A stretch of DNA of 23,448 bases from Gemmatimonadota bacterium (GCA_040905425.1 JBBDRO010000077.1:1-23448), one strand, 5' to 3'. Numbered from the stretch's first letter, positions 7,364-16,868 are shown. Numbers and translations: made by a program. Notes: generated from the letters alone by a model not told the origin.

Positions 7364-8752
7364 TCAGGGGTTGCCGGTCTCCGCTCCCGCGTGCAGGCGG
7401 ATGGTAGCCGGCAGCGGCACGCCCTCCAGAGCCACCCCCGCCGGGGCCAGCATCACGCGGACTGCCGGGCGCGCCTCCACTTCGAAGCGCGCCACGACGC
7501 CCACACGATCGGCCCGCGCCGCCGCGAGCCGCTCGGCCGCCGCCGCGAAGCGGTCGGCCGCGGCCACATCGTCCCAGACGGAGAGCCACAGCAGCGCCGT
7601 GGACCCACCTGCATCCTCCAGGAGCAGCACCCGGTCCCCATCCCAGCCCACCGCTCCGCCCTCCGTACCGCTCTCCTCCAGGACGAGCATGGTCTCGAAC
7701 TGGCCCAGGGTCCCCTCATAACGCACGCGCCAGGAACCCCCTGGCATGGTCACCCCCAGTTCCGTGGGCGTGTCCCGTACCGCGGTGAACGCCTCGGCGG
7801 GATGCAGCACCTGCTCGGTGGACACAGGCAGATCGCCGCCGAGCGGCGCCGGCCACGCACCCTCAACCGCCGCGGCTTGCCAGAGGTGCCGCACGAAGGA
7901 CGCGCCCTGCAGATAGGGAAAGAGAAGGGTGCGCTGGATGAACGGCGGCGCGCCGGCAAAGACCGGGAAGGCGGCATTCTGTGCCGCCAGGGCGCCGGCC
8001 AGTTCGGTGGCCGGGTCGGGCAGGCGAGCCGCATCCAGCGCGCGGCCCGTCAGGCGCTCCGCCGAGAGCGCCAGCATGACCATCGTGGCGTGGCCTTCGA
8101 GCGCCGCCTGGGCGGCCGTTTGCCGATCATTGCCGCGGTCACGGTGAATGAGTGAGTCGAGCGGGGCGTGCTGGTCCTGCAGCGCGTGCACCAACTCGTG
8201 GGCCAGGATGCCGTCCAGTTGCTCCGCGGCCATCCCCTGGACCAGGAAGAGCGTGTCCACCTGCGGGTCATAGTAGCCGGCCACTTGCTCGGTGTAGAGG
8301 TCGAGCAGCAGCCGCCGCAGGTCCAGCGTGTCAGGGAGGACGCCGAGAAGGGCGTACAGGTCCCGGAGCGAACCCGCACGCTCCGGAGGCATCTCCTCCT
8401 CCAGGCGGTCGGCCACGAAACGCCGGAGATCCGCGCGGCTGCGACGCGCCAGCCGGAGCGGCCCGCGCGCCGGTAGTCCCGCCAGCACCTCCAGGCGCGG
8501 CACGAGCGAGTCGGCCAGCGCCACCGCGGGATCCGCGGGATCGGCCGCCTCCACGCGCCCCGCGCCCGAGGGGGGCGCGCCGCCGGGGTACCCGGATTCC
8601 TCAGCGTCCCCTCCGCAGCCGGCATGCGCCAGCGGCAGCACGAGCAGGACCAGGAGCGCCGCCGTCCGAATGGATAGTGTCCGGACCACCGCCGTCCCGC
8701 GGGAGCGTCCCGATCGCGGGTAACCTACCGCACCGCGCGCGCGGCGCCTCAT
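7364..8752 (-). CDS. Putative zinc-metallopeptidase-like lipoprotein (HExxH; DUF6782/Hvo_1808-like)
   Basis: Lipobox AHAGC; GYYDP; LAHELVHALQDQH; ALEGHAT; FPYLQGASFV; PVSTEQVLHP. ATGA overlap with folK; the start could be somewhat downstream. Confidence 0.7.
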   Translation of the reverse strand: MRRRARGAVGYPRSGRSRGTAVVRTLSIRTAALLVLLVLPLAHAGCGGDAEESGYPGGAPPSGAGRVEAADPADPAVALADSLVPRLEVLAGLPARGPLRLARRSRADLRRFVADRLEEEMPPERAGSLRDLYALLGVLPDTLDLRRLLLDLYTEQVAGYYDPQVDTLFLVQGMAAEQLDGILAHELVHALQDQHAPLDSLIHRDRGNDRQTAAQAALEGHATMVMLALSAERLTGRALDAARLPDPATELAGALAAQNAAFPVFAGAPPFIQRTLLFPYLQGASFVRHLWQAAAVEGAWPAPLGGDLPVSTEQVLHPAEAFTAVRDTPTELGVTMPGGSWRVRYEGTLGQFETMLVLEESGTEGGAVGWDGDRVLLLEDAGGSTALLWLSVWDDVAAADRFAAAAERLAAARADRVGVVARFEVEARPAVRVMLAPAGVALEGVPLPATIRLHAGAETGNP

Positions 8753-9255
8753 CCGGTGTCCAGCTGAAAGAGGGCGGTGCCTGGAAAGATCGGCTGCAGC
8801 GCCTCGAAACGTCCCGCGCTCAACACGTCCGCCAGCCGCTCGCCGGTAACGGGATGCATGAGGTCCGGCTGCAGCTCGACCAGGGGCCGCAGCACGAACG
8901 CGCGCTCCAGCATGCGCGGGTGCGGGACCGTCAGCCCATCCTGGATGATCCGGTCGTCGTAGAGCAGCAGGTCAATATCCATGAGGCGGGGGCCGTTGCG
9001 GAAGGTGGGCTCGCGCCCCACACAGCGTTCCACCCGCTTCAACGCCGCCAGCAAGGGCTGCGGGGGCACATCCGTGCTCAGACGAGCGGCCATGTTCCAG
9101 AAGACCGGCTGATCGGCAAAGCCCACGGGTTCACTCTCGTACACCCAGGAGAGCGCCGCCACGTCACCGAGGCGCCCGGTCATACCCAGGGCCAGCCGCA
9201 GGTTGGCGCGCCGATCTCCCAGATTGGTACCCAACCCCAGCCAGGCCGTCGGCAC
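8749..9255 (-). CDS. folK: 2-amino-4-hydroxy-6-hydroxymethyldihydropteridine diphosphokinase
   Basis: AWLGLGTNLGDR; YESEPVG; QP.FWN; GPRLMDIDLLLY; LTVPHPRMLERAFVLRPL. GTG start at 9255; the longer track ORF overlaps the cupin. Confidence 0.92.
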   Translation of the reverse strand: MPTAWLGLGTNLGDRRANLRLALGMTGRLGDVAALSWVYESEPVGFADQPVFWNMAARLSTDVPPQPLLAALKRVERCVGREPTFRNGPRLMDIDLLLYDDRIIQDGLTVPHPRMLERAFVLRPLVELQPDLMHPVTGERLADVLSAGRFEALQPIFPGTALFQLDTG

Positions 9256-9259
9256 CCCC

Positions 9260-9604
9260 TCAGACCCGGCCGTAGCGGTCCTGGAGGCGTACCACGTCAT
9301 CCAGTTCGGGCGTGGAGGCCTCGAGCACGTCCACGTCCGTAACCGCCTCGAGCCGGTGCACGGTTCCCGCCGGAAGGTGCAGACTCTGGCCCTCGCGGAG
9401 CTCCACTTCCTCGAGCGCCGCCACGGAGGCCCCGGTCCAGATGCGGAGACGCCCGCGGAGCAGATGCAGCGTCTCGTCCTTGCGCTCGTGGTACTGAACG
9501 GACAGCGCGTGACCGGCGCGCACGTGCAGGATCTTGCCCACGTAGCGGTCCGTGTGCGCCCAGATGAGCTCGTGCCCCCAGGGCTTGTCAATGCGCCGGC
9601 TCAC
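9260..9604 (-). CDS. Cupin-domain protein (mannose-6-phosphate isomerase-like C-terminal type)
   Basis: KPWGHE; LSVQYHERKDET; GTVHRLEA; EASTPELDDVVRLQDRYGR. GTG start at 9604 or 9607. Confidence 0.82.
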   Translation of the reverse strand: MSRRIDKPWGHELIWAHTDRYVGKILHVRAGHALSVQYHERKDETLHLLRGRLRIWTGASVAALEEVELREGQSLHLPAGTVHRLEAVTDVDVLEASTPELDDVVRLQDRYGRV

Positions 9605-9615
9605 CACCGCCGCAC

Positions 9616-10122
9616 TCAGGTGCAGCAGGGCGGCGGGTCGAAGACCCGGATGCCCACGTCCAGGCGCGTGCGCAGATCCTGGGCCAGTTCGGCAGCCCAC
9701 TCCCGGAAGGTGTCCGTGACCAGGGTCTGGTCCCAGCTGTCGCTGCCGAGCATCTGCACGCGGTTCTCCACCGTGACCCGCACCGCCAGCACCGGTCCCA
9801 ACGTGGACGCGGTGGTGCGTTCCCGGGCGCGGATCAGCAACCGCACCTGCGCATTGGAGACGCCCAGCTCCTGTTCATCCGGGAACGGCGCCCGGGCGCG
9901 CCATTGCGTCTCCCAGAACAGCGGCGGCGCCTCGCTGCGCTGCTGGATCTGAAACTGGTACTTCTGCATGGTGATCCGTACCTGCTCCACCACGTCACTC
10001 TGGGAGCCCACACCCACGTCCCGTTCGAACGCGGCCGACCTGCTACCCGTGGCGGCCGAGCACCCCCCCACGATCAGCAGCGCGGCCAGCAACGGCAGGC
10101 GCTCCATGGTGAACGGCCTCAT
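9616..10122 (-). CDS. Hypothetical lipoprotein
   Basis: AGGAGG RBS before ATG 10122; hydrophobic signal with lipobox IVGGC; fills the gap between the terminator and the cupin gene. Confidence 0.7.
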   Translation of the reverse strand: MRPFTMERLPLLAALLIVGGCSAATGSRSAAFERDVGVGSQSDVVEQVRITMQKYQFQIQQRSEAPPLFWETQWRARAPFPDEQELGVSNAQVRLLIRARERTTASTLGPVLAVRVTVENRVQMLGSDSWDQTLVTDTFREWAAELAQDLRTRLDVGIRVFDPPPCCT

Positions 10123-10153
10123 GAACTATCCTCCTGCGGAAGGAATTGAAGCG

Positions 10154-10192
10154 AAAAGGAACGGGGACGGCCACCCGAAGGTGGCCGCCCCC
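10154..10192 (-). terminator. Intrinsic terminator of the susC-susD operon
   Basis: Minus strand GGGGGCGGCCACC-UUCG-GGUGGCCGUCCCC (13 bp, cUUCGg loop) followed by GUUCCUUUU. Confidence 0.8.
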
Positions 10193-10247
10193 TGTTACCC
10201 CTGTCCGTCGTCACCGGTCCCCGCCCGGGCGGACCGGCCTCTCCGCA

Positions 10248-11828
10248 TCAGCGGATCGGCGGGGGTGCGGCATCCGTGCCGCCCACACCACCGAAGGTGT
10301 AGACATCGATCTGCAGCGAGCCCAGCTCACGACCGGGCACCGGCAGGTGCAGGAAGACGCCCTCCTGGAGCCGGCCGAAGCCGCGCGAGTCCAGGTAGCC
10401 GCGGTTCGACTCGTGCGCCGCCAGCTCGTTCATCCGCTCCCACATGAGCGCGTCGTACAGGTCGCCACACTGCTGGGCGCCGGTCGTGGGCTTCTGCGGC
10501 ACGCACGAACTGGTGTCATTCCCGATGCCAGCCGCCGTGGCGGGCGGCAACCCGCCAATGCCCACGCGACTGATGTTGATCAGGTCGGCCGCGCCTGCCA
10601 GGTCACCCAGGAAGTAGAGCGCCTCGGCACGGAACAGGTTGGCTTCCACCATGGGGAGGTGATCATGGTCGATGAAGCCGTAGCTGTTGTACTCCGACTC
10701 GAACTGGTAGAAGGTGCGGTGGTAAAGGCCGCGCTCCGGCGAGAAGACGTTGCTGGCGTCGTATTCCCAGTACACGCCGCGATCGAGATGCTCGTTACCC
10801 TGCGGGTAGCGCAGATCCGGCGTCACCATGTCCCAGCGATCGCGCTCCGACCACGGCAGGGACAGCCAGTTGTTGTAGCCGCCCGAAACGTCCGCCGGCC
10901 CCACCATGCGGGCGTCCCCGTACGAAACGAACGTGCCCTCGCCGATCAGGTACCGGACGTTCTGCAGGTACCAGAGGCTCGAGTTGGTGTAGATCCAGTA
11001 CGTATCCTCGATACCGTTGTCCAGCCGGCGGATGACCTCGTTCCAGTCCAGGTTCTCCCGCTCCTCCGGGGTGCGGGCACCGTAGACCATGGTCTTGGCC
11101 GCGTAGTGGTTGGCGAAGCGGGCAATGTCCGCCGCCGTGAGCTCCGTGCCGTCCCGCATCGGTCCGAACCAGGGCGAGGGGATGGTCACGTCCGGATGCG
11201 CCTCGGCGTAGGCAATGGTCTCATCGAACATGTCGATCGCGTGGGCCAATACCTCGGGATAGGGCGCCATCTCCCGCTCGTCGACCGGCGTGTTCAGGTC
11301 GGCAGGCGTCTGGATGAAGGCCTGGTCAAAGAGCTGGCCCAGGTACATGTGCCCCGTCGCCATGTTGAAGAGGGACCAGAGCACCGCGCGCTCCGAGAAA
11401 TCCTCCTCGTCCTCGCCCACGATCAGCTCCAGGCCACCGTCGATGGCGGCAATGGCGTCCACGCCGTTGGAGATGGCCTCGTAGGCGTACTCCCAGGGGA
11501 AGCGCGCCACACCCGAGATCGTCGACACCGGGTCATTGTTGAAGGTCGGGCGCGGCTCGGAGGTGATCTCCAGCTGACCTGCGTTGGCGAAGGTGCCGCT
11601 GAACTCGTCCGCCACGTTGGGCATGACCCACAGATGCGAAGTGGATCGGTGGATGAGGGTGTAGAGCGAGGCGTAGGTGCTCCCCACCAGCGCGTACACC
11701 GCCTCCGGATCGGCCTGCGCGCGATCCCGATCGGGTGCGTTCGTATTGACCACGTCCAGGTCCTGGCACGCCGCCGTCATGGCCGCGAGCAGGAGCACTG
11801 CCGTGCTCGTCCATCGGAACGATCTCAT
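10248..11828 (-). CDS. SusD/RagB-family nutrient-binding outer-membrane lipoprotein
   Basis: Lipobox MTAAC-QDLDVVNTNAP; EANLFRAEA...AADLINISR; LMWERMNEL; LPVPGREL. Lies directly downstream of the SusC-type gene; AGGAG RBS. Confidence 0.85.
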   Translation of the reverse strand: MRSFRWTSTAVLLLAAMTAACQDLDVVNTNAPDRDRAQADPEAVYALVGSTYASLYTLIHRSTSHLWVMPNVADEFSGTFANAGQLEITSEPRPTFNNDPVSTISGVARFPWEYAYEAISNGVDAIAAIDGGLELIVGEDEEDFSERAVLWSLFNMATGHMYLGQLFDQAFIQTPADLNTPVDEREMAPYPEVLAHAIDMFDETIAYAEAHPDVTIPSPWFGPMRDGTELTAADIARFANHYAAKTMVYGARTPEERENLDWNEVIRRLDNGIEDTYWIYTNSSLWYLQNVRYLIGEGTFVSYGDARMVGPADVSGGYNNWLSLPWSERDRWDMVTPDLRYPQGNEHLDRGVYWEYDASNVFSPERGLYHRTFYQFESEYNSYGFIDHDHLPMVEANLFRAEALYFLGDLAGAADLINISRVGIGGLPPATAAGIGNDTSSCVPQKPTTGAQQCGDLYDALMWERMNELAAHESNRGYLDSRGFGRLQEGVFLHLPVPGRELGSLQIDVYTFGGVGGTDAAPPPIR

Positions 11829-11888
11829 GTCATTCTCCTATCAGCGCGGCCGGGGCCGCGGAAAGTTCGGTAACGAAAGAAGCGGGGT

Positions 11889-11930
11889 GGCGCCGGCCCG
11901 GCCCCTGTGCCAGGGACCAGACCGCACGCC
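11889..11930 (-). other. Intercistronic RNA stem-loop between susC and susD
   Basis: Minus strand CGGUCUGGUCCCUG-GCA-CAGGGGCCGGGCCG: 14 bp with 3 G-U pairs, extendable by GGCGU/GCGCC. Confidence 0.5.
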
Positions 11931-11939
11931 TCCAGCCGA

Positions 11940-14900
11940 TCAGAACGTGATCTCCACGGTCCCCGTGAAGGTGCGCGTGTTCGGCCACGAGAAATCGTCG
12001 AACCGGTTCGTGACGTTGCCCACCTCGGGATCGAATCCGCTGTACCCCGTCAGCGTGAGCAGATTACGACCCACGATGCCCAGCCCGATGCTGCTCGCGA
12101 AGCGGCCGATGCCGATGGCATCGAGCTGCCCGCTGTTCAGACGGTAGAGCGCCGACAGAGAACGCAGCTTCACGAATGTGCCGTCCTCCGCGAAGTGGTT
12201 CGTGGCGTCGGCCCGGTTGTAGATGTTCTGGTAATACGGATCCGGCTTCTTCAGCTCGGTCGGCTTGCCGGACTGATCCAGGTCCACGTCACGCTCGTGC
12301 TGGTAGAGGCGCTGCTTGGTGTAGTTGTACACCTTGCCGCCAACCTGCGAGTGCACCTGGGCGTGCAGGTTCAGCCCGCCCCACGTGACGTTGTTCAGCC
12401 AGCCCAGCTGGAAGTCAGGCAGGAAGCTGCCGAGCTTCTGCTTCAGCGGAGCACCCGCGTCATCCAGCTCCACGATGGGGAGGCCCCAGTCGTACTCGTG
12501 GTCACCGATCGCGACCTTGGTGCCCCACAGGTCCTTTTCCACACCGTCGGTGTAGTCATTGCCTGCACCGACAGGGACCAGGTAGCCGTCATCGTTGATC
12601 TGGAAGTTGCCCGCCACATCGCTGCCGTGACGCGCCACGATCATCGACTCGTTCAGCGACGTGAGGTGGCGGAAACCCCAGAAGTCGGAGGTGCTGCTGC
12701 CCTCGCAGAAGTTGAGCTGCCCGGCCTCGCCGGTAGCGTAGCAGGCCCGGTTCCACTCGTCGATCCTGCTCCAGAGCTTGTCACCCACCACGGTGGTGGT
12801 CCAGCTCAGGCCGGGACGGTTCACGAGCGACGCCTGGACGGTGGCCTCGAGGGTCTCACCGCTGAACACGCCGGTGTTGAAGTAGCGCGTGCTGTAGCCC
12901 GTGTACGCCGGCGTGGGCAGACCAATGATCTGGCCCGTGGTCTCCTGCATGGCGTAGGTCAACTCCACGGAGTACTTGTCCAGGATGACCATGTCCGTAC
13001 CGAACTCAATCTCCGTGGTGTGCTCCGGGGCCAGGCGCCGGTTGCCCAGCGTGTTCTTGGCCACCGAGCAGGACTCGTCATTGCAACTCACCGACCAGGT
13101 CTCGTACTGCGCGGAAAAGCCGGGTCGTCCGCCCGCCGTGCCGATGGCGGCGCGGGGCTTGAACTCACTCAGCGCCTCGAAGGGCCACCAGGCCTCCTCG
13201 GACATGCGCCAGGCACCGGCCGCGCGGTAGTACGTCTGCCAGCGCTCCTCGGGGCCGAACAGCGAGCTGCCGTCGCGGCGTACCAGGAAGTCACCGATGT
13301 ACTTACCGGCGTAGTCCGCGCCCGTGTTCAGCGAGAAGCCGTTGGCGCGGATCTCGATGAGTGAGGAGCTGACGCTCTGGTTCATGGCCACGCTCAGGTC
13401 CTCGATCCCGGGAATGCCGAGATTGGAGCCGGAGGCGCTGAAGCGATCCCGCTTCTCCCGCTCGAAGAGGCCACGCGCCGTGTTGCGCAGCGTGAGGTCC
13501 CCGAGCTGCCAGATGCCGTTCACGCTGAGATAGCCGTTGTAGTTGTCCGTGAGCTGTGCGTCACGGGCCAGGCTCCCGGAGGACGGGTTGGGATCGTCAT
13601 TGTCGATCGACTGCGGGATACCCTTGGCCGTGTACCGGTAGTCGAAGATCTCGGAGCGGTCGTAGCTGGCGTTGCCCGACATGCTCAGCCACGAGAAGGG
13701 GTTGTAGCGCGCGTCACCACTGATCAGCGTACGCGTGCGCCGGTCCTCGGACTCGCGCGTCTGCGCGTTCCAGAACGGGTGCTCCGAGTTGTACGTGGAG
13801 TCCGGCTGCTGCGGGAAGAGCCCCGTCGCCGGATCGCGCACGTTCAGATTGATGTCCACCGGCCACATGTACATGTTCCAGAAGGACGTCCCCGACAGGT
13901 CATTCTGGACGGAGCGCGAGTAGTTGGTGCTGACGGCAAAGCTGAAGTCATCCGCCAGGCGGTGATCCAGGTTCAGCCGGCCGGAGTTGCGCACGAAGCC
14001 CGACGGCGCCGCCAGCGAGCCTTCCTCGTCCAGCCGGTTGACGGACGCCAGGAAGTTGCTGCTCGCGGCGTTGTGGCTGAGGTTCAACGCGCCGTTCATG
14101 TACGCGCCCGGCTGATAGAGCCCGGACAGATTGTCATAGATCTGCTTGTACGGATTGTCGTAGAACAGATCGAAGTCCGGCACGCGCTCCTCGCGCGGCA
14201 CCACGTTGCCGTCGTAGTCGGTGAAGTCACCGTTCTCGTTGACCACCCAGCGGTGATGCTTGTTGTATTCGAACTTCGGCGAGGTGCTACGACCGATCTC
14301 CGCCCGGCCCGAAATGCGCGTCTGGTCAAGGGCCAGCCCCTGGCCGCGCGAGGTGGTGATGTTGATCACGCCGGCCGCGGCGCGCGAGCCGTAGAGCGAT
14401 GCGGCTGCCGCGCCCTTCACGATCTCCACGTCCTGGATGTCGAGCGACTCCAGGTCCACCGTGGAACCACCGTATTCCATGGTGCTGGACATGATCACGC
14501 CGTCCACGATGATCATCGGGGCCTGCTCGTTCTCGATGCTCGTGGGCGTGCGCAGCATGATGCTGGCCTCGTTGCCCGGCTGACCCGTGCCCTGGATCAT
14601 GTTCACACCGGCCACCTTACCCTGCAGCGAGTTCAGGGCGCTGGTGGCGGGCACGGCCTTCAGATCCTGCTCACTGATGCGGCCGACGGAGAAGGGAATC
14701 TTCACGCCCTCGATGGGGTCGGAGACGCCCGTCACCACGACGTTGTCGATGGAGAGGACCGACTGGCCGAGCTCGAAGTTGACCTCCACCGTTCCGCCGG
14801 CGGGGACGACCACGTCACGCTGCGTCTCGGACGTGTACCCGATGAGCTGGGTCTGCACCCGATACGTGCCCGCGGGCACGTTCTGGATGAGGAATCGACC

Positions 14901-15092
14901 GTTCTCTCCGGTCGGGAATCCCAGCTGGGTGCCGGGCAGGAAGACCTGGACGCCCTGCAGGGGCTGTCCGGTTTCACTGTCCGTTACCGCGCCGGTAATG
15001 GTTCCTGTTTCCTGGGCTGTCAGCGGTGCGGGTGCTGACAACGCAAGACCGAGCGCTGCTGCGAGCAGCGCGAGTACGCCTCGTGATCTCAC
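11940..15092 (-). CDS. SusC/RagA-family TonB-dependent outer-membrane transporter
   Basis: Signal peptide; carboxypeptidase-regulatory-like N-domain (GTITGAVTDSETGQPLQGVQV); plug motifs LQGKVAGV, PMIIVDGV, EIVKGAAAASLYGSRAAAGVINITT; RRDGSSLFG; GYSGFDPE; C-terminal Phe. Start GTG 15092 behind AAGGAGG. Confidence 0.92.
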   Translation of the reverse strand: MRSRGVLALLAAALGLALSAPAPLTAQETGTITGAVTDSETGQPLQGVQVFLPGTQLGFPTGENGRFLIQNVPAGTYRVQTQLIGYTSETQRDVVVPAGGTVEVNFELGQSVLSIDNVVVTGVSDPIEGVKIPFSVGRISEQDLKAVPATSALNSLQGKVAGVNMIQGTGQPGNEASIMLRTPTSIENEQAPMIIVDGVIMSSTMEYGGSTVDLESLDIQDVEIVKGAAAASLYGSRAAAGVINITTSRGQGLALDQTRISGRAEIGRSTSPKFEYNKHHRWVVNENGDFTDYDGNVVPREERVPDFDLFYDNPYKQIYDNLSGLYQPGAYMNGALNLSHNAASSNFLASVNRLDEEGSLAAPSGFVRNSGRLNLDHRLADDFSFAVSTNYSRSVQNDLSGTSFWNMYMWPVDINLNVRDPATGLFPQQPDSTYNSEHPFWNAQTRESEDRRTRTLISGDARYNPFSWLSMSGNASYDRSEIFDYRYTAKGIPQSIDNDDPNPSSGSLARDAQLTDNYNGYLSVNGIWQLGDLTLRNTARGLFEREKRDRFSASGSNLGIPGIEDLSVAMNQSVSSSLIEIRANGFSLNTGADYAGKYIGDFLVRRDGSSLFGPEERWQTYYRAAGAWRMSEEAWWPFEALSEFKPRAAIGTAGGRPGFSAQYETWSVSCNDESCSVAKNTLGNRRLAPEHTTEIEFGTDMVILDKYSVELTYAMQETTGQIIGLPTPAYTGYSTRYFNTGVFSGETLEATVQASLVNRPGLSWTTTVVGDKLWSRIDEWNRACYATGEAGQLNFCEGSSTSDFWGFRHLTSLNESMIVARHGSDVAGNFQINDDGYLVPVGAGNDYTDGVEKDLWGTKVAIGDHEYDWGLPIVELDDAGAPLKQKLGSFLPDFQLGWLNNVTWGGLNLHAQVHSQVGGKVYNYTKQRLYQHERDVDLDQSGKPTELKKPDPYYQNIYNRADATNHFAEDGTFVKLRSLSALYRLNSGQLDAIGIGRFASSIGLGIVGRNLLTLTGYSGFDPEVGNVTNRFDDFSWPNTRTFTGTVEITF

Positions 15093-15262
15093 CGTTCCTC
15101 CTTGGCAGGTGGGCAGTATGGCAAACATCTAGCGGTGAATGGATCGGCCGTCATTCGACGACCGGTAGGGAAACTGCATACGTCCGGGGCCGCGCGGATG
15201 GCGCGCTCCCCCGCAGGGTGCGGCTGTGACGGCACCGCAGCCGAATTCGATGGGGTAATCTG

Positions 15263-15307
15263 GTGTTGGATACAGTGTTGAATAGCGAATTGGACACCAC
15301 CTGTCAA
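15263..15307 (-). promoter_or_regulatory. susC promoter (TTGACA-N17-TATTCA) with overlapping direct-repeat operator
   Basis: Minus strand TTGACA (15307-15302), 17 nt, TATTCA (15284-15279). Plus-strand repeats GTGTTGGATA (15263-15272) and GTGTTGAATA (15275-15284), within an AT-rich patch. Confidence 0.55.
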
Positions 15308-15498
15308 ATTTCACAGGATCAAACGGCAGGTCGAAATTCCGATCTGCTGCCATTCGGCAGGCGCCTCCGGGGCGCTGTCGATCAACTTCTTATCCGGGTT
15401 GTTCTACTACCATAACGAACGGGCCCACCAAACTGTGACACCTGCATGCCGAACGCACGGCGCCTTGCCCGGGTTCCCGCCGGCGTGCCCGAGCCCGC

Positions 15499-16746
15499 TC
15501 AGGCCGTGAAGCGGACGCGGGCAAAATGCCGCCGTCCGCGGCGCAGCACCCGCTCGTCCCCGGCCGCCGCCGGCAGCGTGGCGGTGCGCTCCTCCACCCG
15601 CTCCTCGTCCACACGCACCGCCCCCTGTTCCATGAGCCGCATGGCCTGGCTGTTGGAGTCGGCCAGCCCCGCCGCCACCAGCAGCGGCGCCACGCGCACG
15701 CCCACCCCCGGCTCGTAGCGGAGCGCCGCGTCCCCGAGTGAGACATCCACCAGCGGCATCTCCGTGGGCGCCTCGCGGTCCCGGAAGAGGCGGTCGAAGT
15801 GCGCTTCGGCCCCTTCCCCGGCCCCCTCGCCGTGGTACAGCTCCACCAGGCGACGTCCCAACGCCCGCTTCGCGGCGTACGGATCCTTGCCGGCCAGCGC
15901 CAGCGCCGCCGCTGCCGCGGCCGGCTCGAGGTCGGCCCCCAGACGGATCCACTCCTCCAGCAGGTCGTCGGGGATGGACATGGTCCTGCCGAACATCTCT
16001 TCCGGCGCCGCCGTGATGCCCACGTAGTTGTCATAGGACTTGGACATCTTGCGCACCCCGTCGGTGCCCCGGAGGAGCGGCATGATGAGGCACACCTGGG
16101 GCTCCTGATCGTAGCGCTCCTGGATGGTGCGTCCCACCAGCAGGTTGAACTTCTGGTCCGTGCCGCCCAGCTCCACGTCCGCATGGAGCGCCACGCTGTC
16201 ATAGGCCTGCATGAGCGGATAGAGGAACTCCACCACAGAGATGGCCCGCCCCTCGGCGTGCCGCTTGGCAAAGTCATCCCGCTCGAGCATGCGGGCCACC
16301 GTGTAGCGCGCCGTGAGCTCCAGCAGCGCCGCCAGGTCCAGCGGCGCCAGCCAGCGCGAGTTGAACTCCACGCGCACGCGCGTGAGATCCAGCAGGCGGC
16401 CCACCTGCTCCGTGTAGGTGGCGGCGTTGGCGTCGATCTCCTCCGGGGAGAGCCGCGGTCGGGTCTCGCTCCGGCCGGAGGGGTCCCCCACGCGCGTGGT
16501 ATAGTCCCCCACTACGAAGACCACCTGATGGCCCAGCTCCTGGAAGACGCGCAGCTTGCGAATGGAGACGGCGTGCCCGATGTGCAGGTCGGGGCGCGTT
16601 GGATCGAAGCCCTGCTTGATCACCAGCGGCGTATCCGCCTGCCGGCTGCGCTCCAGCTTGCGCACCAGATCCTCTTCGGGGATCACCTCCACCGCGCCGC
16701 GGCGGATGGCGTCCATCTGTTCCTGAACCGGCGGGAAGTTCGGCAT
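15499..16746 (-). CDS. tyrS: Tyrosine--tRNA ligase
   Basis: KQGFDPTRPDLHIGH; YPLMQAYDS; ELGGTDQKFN; KMSKS; C-terminal S4-like domain. Start ATG 16746 (MPNFPPVQEQ). Confidence 0.96.
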   Translation of the reverse strand: MPNFPPVQEQMDAIRRGAVEVIPEEDLVRKLERSRQADTPLVIKQGFDPTRPDLHIGHAVSIRKLRVFQELGHQVVFVVGDYTTRVGDPSGRSETRPRLSPEEIDANAATYTEQVGRLLDLTRVRVEFNSRWLAPLDLAALLELTARYTVARMLERDDFAKRHAEGRAISVVEFLYPLMQAYDSVALHADVELGGTDQKFNLLVGRTIQERYDQEPQVCLIMPLLRGTDGVRKMSKSYDNYVGITAAPEEMFGRTMSIPDDLLEEWIRLGADLEPAAAAAALALAGKDPYAAKRALGRRLVELYHGEGAGEGAEAHFDRLFRDREAPTEMPLVDVSLGDAALRYEPGVGVRVAPLLVAAGLADSNSQAMRLMEQGAVRVDEERVEERTATLPAAAGDERVLRRGRRHFARVRFTA

Positions 16747-16868
16747 GGCGGCCAACGTAGTGGGGGAGAGGTCGTGCCGGAAGGGTGGGCGCCGGAGCGC
16801 GCGCGCGTCTACGTCCCCCACCCACCGCGCGAGCGCGCCAGCGCCACGGACCCGGCGCCGGAGCGCAC

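Noticed and set aside
15163..15220. GGTAGGGAAAC…CCCCCGCA resembling part of a cobalamin riboswitch upstream of a TonB-dependent receptor
   Set aside because: It is on the strand opposite to susC, and the GCCACUG and B12-box elements are not evident.
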